64,000 nt of DNA, from contig OZ176060.1 of the NCBI GenBank assembly GCA_964247055.1, forward strand, positions 434,001-498,000. The letters are read 5' to 3'. Each line of letters opens with the position of its first letter. Position 1 is the first letter of the stretch. This DNA comes from Paragordius varius (lineage: Eukaryota > Animalia > Nematomorpha). This document shows, in pieces, positions 51,930 to 64,000 of this stretch. Both the position numbers and the translations under genes were made by a program. The notes below the pieces were generated by a model. It was not told where the DNA came from, did no database searches, and was given only the letters and a program-made list of their open reading frames with translations.

Positions 51930-53268
51930 CCATTTCCCAGTCTAAATAAACGTTTTCCCAGTCAATCGAAACATTATCCCAGTCAATCGAAACGTTTTCC
52001 CAGTCAAGAGAAACATTTTCCCAGTCAATAAAAACATTTTCCCAATTAATAAAAACGTTTTCCCAGTCAATAAAATCGGTTTTTATTTTTGATAATAAAT
52101 ATCAAAACAAGATAGAAAAATAACTTTTAACCATTATCAGCGTAATATTAGGATATTATTTTTTATAAAAAAAACAATTATTGAATGAATATTTTCCAAG
52201 TATATTCCAGTGCTCAATCATTAATGACTTATTCTTTAAAAATTATATTTTTGGAATTTGAGATGTTTTTAAGATAATATTTTTTGATTTATTGATAGTT
52301 CGCATTAATATTTGCCGAACGCTTCTTCTAAACTTTTCGAATTTTTTCATATAAATAATGTAGGAAAAAATATTTAAAAAATAAATTTTTTCGATAAAAA
52401 TGTTTTTGATTAAAAAAAATTAATAAAGATATTAGAAAACAGGGGTGTCTAACCAAATGGCTTAGCGGGCCGCATTACTCAAAAAGCACAGCGTTCCGCA
52501 TTTGATATATTTCATTAATAATTTTTCGATTGGATATAAAACTGTAAAATACAAAAATATAACATTTTTTTTAATTTGTTACCAATTTAATAGACTCATT
52601 CAGAATAATTGAATAAGAAGTATGAATATTACTAAGATTTTGTGGGCATATTTTTGCATATAAATTTCCTAATTTTTAGCGGGCCGCATTAAGATACTCG
52701 GAAGGCTAGGCTAGGCCCCCGATGAACCAAATGATAAATATTATATTAGGGTAAAATTTATGTTTAAGATCCAATATGAAGTGCTAAATAATTAAGATAA
52801 AAATAGTATATTATTTTTAAATTATAATATTTCATCCGTAACTATAGATTTTGTAAGTTAGCCGCAAATAATGCCATCAATAAAAAAATATTATCTTCAT
52901 ATTCCAATAATATAACTTTTAAAGAATAAGCCATTAATGATTAAGTATGGAAGATAATTGGAAAATTGTCATTCAATAATTGTGTTTTTAATTAAAAATT
53001 ATCTCCATATATTACGCTGATAATGATCAAAAGTTATATTTATATCTTGTTTTGATATTTATCATTAAAATTAAAACCGTTTCGATAGACTGGGAAAATG
53101 TTTCGATTGACTGGGAAAACGTTTCGATTGACTAGGAAAACGTTTCGATTGACTGGGAAAACGTTTCGATTGACTGGGAAAATGTTTCGATTGACTAGGA
53201 AAACGTTTATTTAGACTGGGAAAATGTTTCGATTGACTAGGAAAACGTTTATTTAGACTGGGAAATGG
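51930..53268. mobile_element. Non-autonomous member of the 21-bp-minisatellite TIR family with a non-transposase core
   Basis: TA|CCATTTCCCAGTCTAAATAAACG ... TTTAGACTGGGAAATGG|TA. About 6 units in the left TIR and 9 in the right. The core matches 1-600. Confidence 0.9.
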
Positions 53269-53408
53269 TATATATTTATTTATAAACAGCAGTGAGTGTA
53301 ACAATGCGTACCTGATATAAATTTTATAATTTATATTATTAATATATTATTTAATCTATTTTCCTTTTTCAATCAATAACATTATTTACCCTCTAAAAAG
53401 TGTTTTTT

Positions 53409-53882
53409 AAGAACAGAAACAGATATAATTTATTAATATATAAAAATACAATTTAGAATATATGAAGAAAAGTGCTGCGCAACAATATTCAGCATGTGGA
53501 AGTTACATAGGAGTAAGGTAGAAAATAATAATACATCTAAATATATAAAACATAAAATAAATATAAAAAAAGAATATTATATATATAAAAATATTACAAT
53601 AATGCATGGGATGTTGGGTTGTTGTATATAAGGGAATTTCGACCGCTCATAAATATGTGATACATATCACAAGATGATTTGATAGTATTGGTAACTATTG
53701 ATTTCTTAAGTTGTGTAGGGTAACGAAACCTGATCTTCTCAAAAAGAACATCGTTTTTCGAATACCAGTAGCCGAGGCTCCCTACAATAACTAGGATGAC
53801 TTGGGTATTGCTAAGGTCAGTCTCTTGTAATTGATGAGCCATACAGCTATACTTCATTATTTTATTGTTGAAAGCCGTTTCG
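53409..53882 (-). mobile_element. 3' end of a Utopia-like retrotransposon (same subfamily as 10655-12238)
   Basis: MKYSCMAHQLQE..VGSLGYWYSKNDVLFEKIRFRYPTQLKKSIVTNTIKSS, highly similar to 10747-11030. The 3' UTR ends AATAAATTATATCTGTTTCTGTTCTTA (minus strand). Confidence 0.85.
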
Positions 53883-55984
53883 TAGAAATACCAAAGCCAT
53901 ATAATTAATTAAACAGATGGCATAAATTTATAATAATATTTCGTATACTTATAGGAGTGAAAATAAAGTAACTGTCTTTAAAAAAGCATTCTTTGCAAGG
54001 TATAAATATTCACCTATTTTTAGTTTTATCAGGTTATTAAGCATAACATTTTTATCCTATGTATATTACTAAACTATTACTAATATGTCTGTTAAAGTCA
54101 CCTCAGAACATAAATTTTTGGCTAAATATAAATATTTTTTATTAGATAAATCATTAAACTATTTTTTTTTTTAAAACAAATTAATAAGACTAACTCAAGT
54201 GAAAACTCGCCTTTGTCGTATATATTACAGAACAAATTTGATTAATCAAATCGACTAACTTTTATTGAATAAAAAGTTTTTATATGTACCATAGGTAGAC
54301 TTGTTTTACTTAAACATATATAATAATTGTTTCAGTTGAATATTATACTTATATATAGTACAGTATATGTTTATTTTGAAATCATTAGCTTGATATAGAA
54401 AATGCATTTTTAACAATAAATTTTTTAATATAAATATTTATCTAAACACGCTATTCTTTAATTTAGAATAGGGTCATAGTTATTCTTTACTAAATATTTT
54501 TTGCTAAATAATTATTTTTATTTACTAAACTAAATCTTTTTATTCGCGTATCAAAAATCCTTAAACTTAAAAATTTGCTGAGAAACACAGTTTAATAAAA
54601 GTGAGTAATTTCGTAAAATAAACATTTATTTTATAAAAGGCAGTTTTATTAGCAAAAATTACAATATTATTACAAAATATGACGCAAACACTTTTATATT
54701 TTGGAATTTTATAATTTAAAATAATTATTTGATTTTTTATTAAAGAAGGATAGACTTTACTCCATATTTTTCTGTCTTTTTTATGTCAATAAATACTTGA
54801 CTGTTGCTTTTCAAAAAGTTGTGATAACATAAATTTAAATGATTCAAAAATGTTATTTATTAAATATAATTTAAAAAAAATTTAATAACCATACTTTATT
54901 ATTCACATGGATAAAAAATTAGTCAATAAATTTAAACTTATATGAATCATAGCTTAAGTTTAGAAAATTTAATGTTATTTGAAGTAAATGAAAAATATCA
55001 AGTTAATATATTTATTAGTTAAAAAAATATATTATTTCATTTTAGATATTTTTAATCCATAAAAAAATTGAAACAAAAATTGAAATATAAAATAAAACGA
55101 CAGACGATTTCATTTCTTAACGGTTTTTTTAATTATCTGCTTTTTTATTTATTTGTAAAATTTACTTTAAAAAATGGGTATTTATAATAATATTTTTATA
55201 AATATATAATATTTAATTGTTTTTAATTTAAATTATTTTTAAATATCAGATTAACTTTAAGTCTTTATCTTATAAATCCTGTAACATATAAGCCATCTTT
55301 TTTATGTTTAGTATTGTTATGAATAATATGTATATAAAGTTATGTAATGTTAACTGAACAATAACAAATTATGGGACTAAAAAAATAAATAGTTTGGTAT
55401 GCTAAAAATAAAATAAAGCAAAATTTGGATTTTTGTAAAATATTTGTTTTAAATGGCAAAATGTGAATTATAAATATATTTATATTCTACAATTGTAATT
55501 AAAGAGCGTATAGAGGAAAAATTAGTGTTCGAAAAAGTCTGTTTGTATTTCTATTTATTTTTATATTAATTTTTTGATTGTATAATAATTTTCTTATTCT
55601 TATTAATTAAAATAACAGTTCGATAAATATCCGATCATAAAGTATTATAAAATAATTAATATTTTTCACACTAATATTCGCGGCATATTATTTAATTTAA
55701 ATAAACATAAGAAAAACAAAAAATATACGATTCCGGATATATAAATATACTATAATGAATGACCTGCGTATAGATCAATGGCGTACCTGACATAAAATTT
55801 TTAAATAAATAATAAACAATTATAATTAATATATTTTTTTTCGTTAATCTATAACACCCATTTACCTTGTATAATTTTTGATATTATTTTAAGTCAATGA
55901 TCAGCAAAATTTAAAAATTATTTAATAAAAAATTTTACTAGCGAAGATTAAAGCAAGCCTACTTTAGAATATGGCTAAATATAA

Positions 55985-58085
55985 TATTTGTTAAAATAGT
56001 TCGCGTGCATTATTTAAGGTTGATTGTTGTATCAAAATATACATTATGAATATGAATTCTATAATATAAGAAATGAATAATGTGAAGCGCAAGTATTATT
56101 TTAAATACGTATTTAAGCTCAAATAAAAGACCAATGTTTTTACCTATAAGATTATTTTTAAAAACCTGCACATAGACTCTACAAATCAAAAAAGAATCCG
56201 ATTATTTAAGGTTGATTGTTGAATCATAAAGAAGAATTCTATAATATAAAAAATCAATATTGTGAAGCGCAAATATCATTGTAACATGACAAATACGTAT
56301 TTAAGCTCAAATAAAAGACCATTGTTTTTACCTATAAGATTATTTTTAAAAACCTGCACATAGACTCTACAAATCAAAAAAGAATCCGATTATTTAAGGT
56401 TGATTGTTGAATCATAAAGAAGAATTCTATAATATAAAAAATCAATATTGTGAAGCGCAAATATCATTGTAACATGACAAATACGTATTTAAGCTCAAAT
56501 AAAAGACCATTGTTTTTACCTATAAGATTATTTTTAAAAACCTGCACATAGACTCTACAAATCAAAAAAGAATCCGATTATTTAAGGTTGATTGTTGAAT
56601 CATAAAGAAGAATTCTATAATATAAAAAATCAATATTGTGAAGCGCAAATATCATTGTAACATGACAAATACGTATTTAAGCTCAAATAAAAGACCATTG
56701 TTTTTACCTATAAGATTATTTTTAAAAACCTGCACATAGACTCTACAAATCAAAAAAGAATCCGATTATTTAAGGTTGATTGTTGAATCATAAAGAAGAA
56801 TTCTATAATATAAAAAATCAATATTGTGAAGCGCAAATATCATTGTAACATGACAAATACGTATTTAAGCTCAAATAAAAGACCATTGTTTTTACCTATA
56901 AGATTATTTTTAAAAACCTGCACATAGACTCTACAAATCAAAAAAGAATCCGATTATTTAAGGTTGATTGTTGAATCATAAAGAAGAATTCTATAATATA
57001 AAAAATCAATATTGTGAAGCGCAAATATCATTGTAACATGACAAATACGTATTTAAGCTCAAATAAAAGACCATTGTTTTTACCTATAAGATTATTTTTA
57101 AAAACCTGCACATAGACTCTACAAATCAAAAAAGAATCCGATTATTTAAGGTTGATTGTTGAATCATAAAGAAGAATTCTATAATATAAAAAATCAATAT
57201 TGTGAAGCGCAAATATCATTGTAACATGACAAATACGTATTTAAGCTCAAATAAAAGACCATTGTTTTTACCTATAAGATTATTTTTAAAAACCTGCACA
57301 TAGACTCTACAAATCAAAAAAGAATCCGATTATTTAAGGTTGATTGTTGAATCATAAAGAAGAATTCTATAATATAAAAAATCAATATTGTGAAGCGCAA
57401 ATATCATTGTAACATGACAAATACGTATTTAAGCTCAAATAAAAGACCATTGTTTTTACCTATAAGATTATTTTTAAAAACCTGCACATAGACTCTACAA
57501 ATCAAAAAAGAATCCGATTATTTAAGGTTGATTGTTGAATCATAAAGAAGAATTCTATAATATAAAAAATCAATATTGTGAAGCGCAAATATCATTGTAA
57601 CATGACAAATACGTATTTAAGCTCAAATAAAAGACCATTGTTTTTACCTATAAGATTATTTTTAAAAACCTGCACATAGACTCTACAAATCAAAAAAGAA
57701 TCCGATTATTTAAGGTTGATTGTTGAATCATAAAGAAGAATTCTATAATATAAGAAATGAATAATGTGAAGCGCAAGTATCATTTTAAAATGACAAATAC
57801 GTATTTAAGCTCAAATAAAAGACCAATTTTACCTATAAGATTAATTTTCAATCTTTCACATAGACTCTACAAATCAAAAAAGAATTCGTTACGTGCATTA
57901 TTTAAGGTTGATTGTTGAATCATAAAATACTATAATATAAGAAATGAATAATGTGAAGCGCAAGTATCATTTTAAGACAAATACGTATTTAAGCTCAAAT
58001 AAAAGACCAATTTTACCTATAAAATTAATTTTAAATCTTTCACATAGACTCTACAAATCAAAAAAGAATTGGTTACGTGCATTAC
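55985..58085. repeat. 188-bp tandem satellite, about 11 units
   Basis: TTTAAGCTCAAATAAAAGACC recurs at 56112, 56300, 56488, 56676, 56864, 57052, 57240, 57428 and 57616 (period 188). Core units look identical and edge units are diverged. Confidence 0.97.
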
Positions 58086-59294
58086 ATTAGCCGACAAATT
58101 TGGACATTTTTGAACACCACCACTTAAACTTTAAACTTATGACTTCAGTGTTTTAAAACCGAATGTAAAAAAAATTTTTGATCCCGCCAATCAGAATTTT
58201 GAAATATTATAGGTTTTTCAATTTTTCAAAAACCAGATAAAATCGAGAGAAAATTAAATATAACTTTATAATTAAATGTTATTATATTATAAACTTAATA
58301 TCATTTATTAAAGCGTTTTAAACTCTATCTTTTGAATATAAATATGTCATTTAAATATCAGAGAGAAAAAAATAGTACGGACTTAAACGTCAAAATTTAG
58401 TCTTTTTCATTCAAGTGAATTTTTAATACGTATAAAAATTTTTTAAAAAAATACTAAAAAAGGCATTCTAGGGTTTAAACCTTCGGCTTTTAGATAGGCT
58501 ATATTTTTGTTAGTTTTCGTTCTTTCGAGTACTTATTAGGCTTTTTCTCTTAAGTTGGTTCTTACAAAAAATCCTTTATTTATACCTAGTGGATATACTT
58601 TATTTTTTAAAATTATTGGTTGTTTTGTATTTTTAATTTCAGATGGATGTTGTGTAGCCACTTTTAGTAGAATTTACTATTATGGGATTGGACCATTTGT
58701 ATTTACCTAATCTTTTTATTCAATTTAATTGTATAATTTATCTAACTTTATTCTGTGAATTGGTTTGACATGTCAATTTGCCTGGATTTTGCTTGCAAGT
58801 CTCTCTTATCAGGCTTTACGATTACTTATTGTTATCTTTGCACATCTGGCATAATTATAGGATCGCTTGGGGGTTATGCAGAGCTTGTGCCGCCGCCCGG
58901 ATCTATCACACTATACATAAGCCCCTTTTAGATTTTTAATACTTTGGCTCTTAGCTTGTTTAGTATCTTATTTAATGCCTAGAATTTTGTTATTCATGCA
59001 TGGAATATTACTTGTATCGACTTGTTCGTTTAAAAACATATACACACGAGGAATGATTGTTATTTTTAAATTAAATACAAATTTAAAAATTAAATTTCGG
59101 AAAAATCCTATTGGTGGCCTCAACTTTCTTTTTTGTTTTGGCCTTTCCATGCTATTAGGTATCAGAAAATGCAAAAATAATGGGGTGGTGCAAAACCTTG
59201 TTGAGCAGTGTATTTAGCCAAAAATATATATTATGAGGTGATCTAATTGGCTATAGTTTAGTAGTATATATGAATATGTTATGCTTATCATATA

Positions 59295-59818
59295 CCATCC
59301 TTCAAGAGTGTCCTAACACTTCAAGTTGGTATTTAAAATATTTAATGTATTTTGTGATTTTTTAACCTACCTTTTTATTCATATTATTCATTTAATATAA
59401 ATTTTTTATTTTAAAACCACTTTTTTGTCTCATATTATTTTTTCCATTTAACAAAATTATTGACTTTTAATTGTCTTCGAAATTGAAAATAATAACCCAG
59501 CAAACTTATATATTTTTTAATTAGGTGTTAAAATCTTATAAATATCTACAATAATTTATAGAAATTAATAAAGATATACGGTTTCTCAATTATTAATAGT
59601 TGATGTTGATTTAAAGTTTATGTTAGTAATAGAAAATAAGTTAAAAACGATAAAATAAATGAATGATTAACGATTTGATTGACAAAAGGTATAAACAAAC
59701 AAAAAAGTCAAATGACTAAATTCAAGTATTTAAGGACCCACTTTAATCTTCAAGGATCAACCTAAAATGTTCAAGGACTAACTTGATGTGTTCAAGGACA
59801 CTTTTAAAATGCAAATGA
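59295..59818. mobile_element. MITE family C copy (inside the inverted duplication)
   Basis: TA|CCATCCTTCAAGAGTGTCC ... GTTCAAGGACACTTTTAAAATGCAAATGA|TA. Confidence 0.7.
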
Positions 59819-60204
59819 TATTAAAGTAAAAAAGGTGAATATTTATAAAATTATTTGTAAAAAAAAGATTTGTTACGAATTAAACTCTATTTTACAATCT
59901 GCAGTTTAGGCCAATCAGTTATAATTAAGAAAATCAAGAAATCAAGATAAAATTATGGTTGTCCTAAAGAAAAAAAAATTATGTTTATACTTTTAGGTTT
60001 TGACGGTATAATTTTGATTTTTACTGTAATTTTTTTTTCTACAAAAAAAAAGGTCCAGAACAGAGCGGTTAAATAGCATATCAAATATTTTATTAAAGAT
60101 GCATTTGCAAAACTTCATAAAATAACATTAATCTAAATATATATCATTTGCGAAAATCATAATTTTTATACAAAATATATTTATGTGAACAGATGATACA
60201 TGTA

Positions 60205-60830
60205 TTATATTTTAAAGTGTTCATTAATGTACATTTTTAATGTGCCTGGCAAGATTGTATTTTTGAGTATATTACTTTTTACAAATCTTACATTTATATG
60301 TAATTTTTTCGTGGACAGATTGAACGTGTCTTGCAACATCTGCTTTTCCGGTAAATTCTTTTTTACAAATCGGACATTCATGTTTAATTTTCTCATGAAC
60401 CGATTTAATGTGCTGAGTAAGATTGCTTTTGTCAGAAAACAGCTTTGAACAAATGTTGCACAAATATTTAATTTGTTCATGAACATAATGAATATGTTTG
60501 GCTAAAACATATTTACCCTTAAATATTCTATTATATTGAATTCGATAACAATTCTTTAATTTTTGAGAGTTTAAGGACTCAATATGTTTTGCATTATTAT
60601 TGTTATCATTAAAGAGATCGTATTATGCATTCTTATATCATTGGAATCAATATTGGAAATACTGAGGTAATATGTTTTGTACTTTTTGGTGGTTTCAGCG
60701 AAAGATTTAACTCCGTATGTTCTCCCACCAAATTAATTATCAAGATATTGTTGATTTCGGTACCGTTTGAAAATCTTTGCTGATTTGTTGAGTATTTTTA
60801 CTTTTATTTCTTTTGGATAACAAAGGTTAC
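60205..60830 (-). pseudogene. C2H2 zinc-finger gene (copy 3, more diverged, 5'-truncated)
   Basis: Minus strand: GEHTELNLSLKPPKS; CNICSKLFSDKSNLTQHIKSVHEKIKHECPICKK...ADVARHVQSVHEKITYKCKICKK. Confidence 0.85.
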
Positions 60831-63800
60831 GAGTCATCAATGCTCTTCATAAACCAACTTAAATAAATTAATAGCATATTTTTATAAAAAAATGATAAAG
60901 TAATATATTTTTGACAAAAATGTATCCAAGTAACAAACAAATGAACAAATTTACCATTTTTCGTATTTTTAATGATATTATGACCGTATAAATTTCCATC
61001 AATTTGATGGCATATTTTCGTAACTAATCTTTATATATAGTTTAAAGTTCTTGGCATAAACTTAACTTAATCTAATTGAAAAAATATTTATTCTTACAAG
61101 GTGTAAATAGGTATTTTTTTTATAATGTTACGAAAGATAAAAGTATTTAATAATTGTCGAATATATAAAAATTTACTATCTGTTTTAGAGTTTGATTCTC
61201 CAACAAAACTCAAATTTTAGACTATAAAAAAATATATTTCTTTAATTATTTAATCAGAAAAAAGTTTAGATTAAATAAACCTTCCTAGAATGTTACCTCG
61301 TACGCCCCTCACCTAAGGTATGGGCCCTGGAAAAAAAACTTAATCTCTTTTTTTCCCTCCAGTAATAATATTTAATAAAGCGTATATATATATTTATTGG
61401 TGTAAAATTAATGCTTTCCTATTTATAAAAAATTGGGCAAAACATAAAAAAACATTTATTTTTTAAAGACAAACAACTTCGAATACTCCTTATCTTATTT
61501 GGTGGAAAAATAGGGAGAGAGATGTAAATCGTATTTACACACAATCTTATAAAAATGGAAAATGGTGACTTTGTGAACTGTTTCCGGAAAACCGGTATAC
61601 CCATTTAAATCCAAATGTCAAAAATATATTCATTAATGAATGCCCCGACAATAGCTTCGTTTTTTTTGAATTAGGCTCCCAGTTCGGGTCCACCCCGTGT
61701 AAAAAACGGGTTTTTTTGAAAACAGAAGTCCAGAAAAATCGTGTCTTTGAGACAATTTTCCGGAAAACGTGTTGGACCATTCGATTTCAAATATGATTAT
61801 TTTTACTTTTTTTCGATTGCGCCCAACCTAGGCGGCTTACTTTTTTAATTTAGGCGCTTTTTTCCCCGTTCCCCCCGTAAAACGTCATTTTTCAAAAAAA
61901 TAAATAATTTTGTGCCCAGGGTATTAGACAGTTAAAATTCACTGATGATTCGAGTTATTCTCTGTTAAAAGGCAATAATTTTTGTCGTGTGTTTCTTTGA
62001 TTTACAGAAAATTTATGAAGACATATGAGCTTATCAAAAGCTTAAAATATTATCCGTTACTAGGTAAAAATTAAGGTCTTTTTTATTAGCCGTTGAGGCC
62101 TTTATGCCTAAAAATAGGCCATCATAAAACAATTATTTAGTCTTGAGGTATTTTTAAATAATCCATGAGATGATGGTTTTAAAAATGTCCAAATATTTGC
62201 CCTATAAAGCAAAGAATTCAGCGCTTTTGAAAAACTTAAGAGGCCATACGACTTTAATTTATACATTTCTGTGGAATTTGTATGATATCATTCTTTCCTT
62301 TAAAAAAGGACCACAAATGATTTACTTTTTATATCCCTTAATCCCAACTGTGTGAACAACGAAAATGTTAAAATAATTCCAATAATAGTTGAATACTAAC
62401 TTTAATAAGGGACAGTTTAAATATGGTCATTTTAGAGTCAATATTTGAGCCTATGCAAAAACCCGTAAAAGAATAATAATTTAAGACATTCTTTTGATTA
62501 AATATGTTTTTTTTCATGTCCCTTACCACTATTTATTGCAAATTATTAAGTTAATTATTGAAGAGAATATGCAACGCGAAGCGGCCAGCTAGTTAAAAAT
62601 ATATTTCTACAGAAAATGTAGTATATTTGTATTCATTACTAAAAAGATATGGAAAATAAATGTGACGTATCTTATCTATCTTTGAATGTAAATTAAACAA
62701 AAGTATATGTAATGATAGAATCATAATCATATTTGTCAACCACATACTAAATTTATATTTAATTATAGCAATAAAAGTACAGTTTATTTTTTAGAAGAGA
62801 TAGGTTTATTAAAATGGGCATTTAATATTAAAAATTCATTTTACATGCCAAACTTTTACTTAGCGGAAAATCACAAAATAAAGATATCCCGATTAAAATA
62901 TTTTTACTATCTTTCATGCTATCTTCTAAATGTTTTTTTTAAATATTCATGTTAAAAAAGAATTAACAGATTGTTTTCTCTGATAAATAAAAACAATCAT
63001 TAGAAATATTTGCATAAAATTCTACGTTATCAAAAATAAATATTTTATATTTTTTATGATAATTATAAAAATTAATCTAAATCACAAAACATAATCAATC
63101 CGTCGTTATTATTAATAAATAAAGTTTGGTAATTGTAAAAAGTATCACTATTTAGTAAGTTCGCGTTGAAAGTAAATCAAAATTAATATGTAATATTTAT
63201 TAGTTAAATAAATTATTTAAATTATTAATAAATAAAACCGTAATTATTTAAAAATATTTAATATAACCTTCAAAGGTAAATTATAATTATATATAAAATT
63301 TAAAAATATTAAATAATTATTTTATTTTAAAATGTTTTAAACCCAAAATTAAAAATAATTTAAATATTATGAAATGAAACAACAGACGATTATATCAACA
63401 GTTTTTTTTTAAATTGTCTGTTTTTTGTTTATTCGAAAAAATATTCAAATTTATTTGAAAAATGGGTATTCATATATTATCAAATACTTTCAATTAAATT
63501 TATTTATTATATCATATTTTATTTAATTATATATTTTTTGTAATAAAATGTAAAAATAATTTGTTAAAAAAAAATATATATATAAATCGTGAAAATTAAA
63601 TTCCTAATCTATTTAATGTTTTAACAAATACTCATCATAAAACATCAAGTTACCTAATCTTAATATTAATAAACGTTTTTATTAAAATAATTGGTAAAAA
63701 TATTAAATTGGGTATAATAAAATATTCTTTATCATTTTTAAAACAACTCCGCTTTTTTTGAGAAAAATATTAAATTATTTTTAAACTTTTAATTAATCTT

Positions 63801-64000
63801 CCATATAATAGTTGTTTCATTTGTGGGGTAAGTTGTCTTGATAAAAATAAATTTATTACTAATCCGCGACTTTCTGCAACCTTTTATTAATATTAGATAA
63901 TTTTTATTTTAAGTCAAAATTTTAGATTAAATCTAATACTGGTAAAATCCAAAAACGTACAGATATAAGGGAAAAAAATATCTAACAGCCATACTTTATA

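Noticed and set aside
61941-61990. Other CTGATGA hammerhead-core matches (also about 2813, 34072, 40604, 42878)
   Set aside because: None has stem II followed by GAAA and a cleavage triplet.

Overview
Very AT-rich eukaryotic DNA with short GT-AG introns (21-62 nt), almost entirely made of nested and decayed mobile elements. I find no intact host gene. The organism cannot be identified from the sequence. Main components: (1) a 7.36-kb TA-flanked Tc1/IS630-superfamily transposon (19204-26563) with very long, satellite-filled inverted repeats. Its DD30E transposase is fused in frame to about 241 aa encoded by ten small exons separated only by phase-1 mini-introns, and a decayed mirror copy of those exons makes the whole element an imperfect palindrome. 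(2) Several NeSL/Utopia-like RLE non-LTR retrotransposon remnants, including a 5' end that still carries a U2 snRNA fragment and sits outside a U2 gene, in a dispersed repeat with a candidate 12-13 bp target-site duplication. (3) A type I hammerhead ribozyme motif (48866-48957, minus strand) inside a ~414-bp unit with direct repeats. (4) A second Tc1/IS630 family whose TIRs are 21-bp minisatellites. (5) A decayed hAT (Buster/Charlie-like) element. (6) Three decayed copies of a C2H2 zinc-finger gene, two with a PLDLS motif. (7) Several MITE families, a 188-bp satellite and kb-scale duplications. Exon coordinates, termini and motifs were counted by hand. Boundaries of diverged repeats are approximate, and family names rest on remembered motifs, not database searches.
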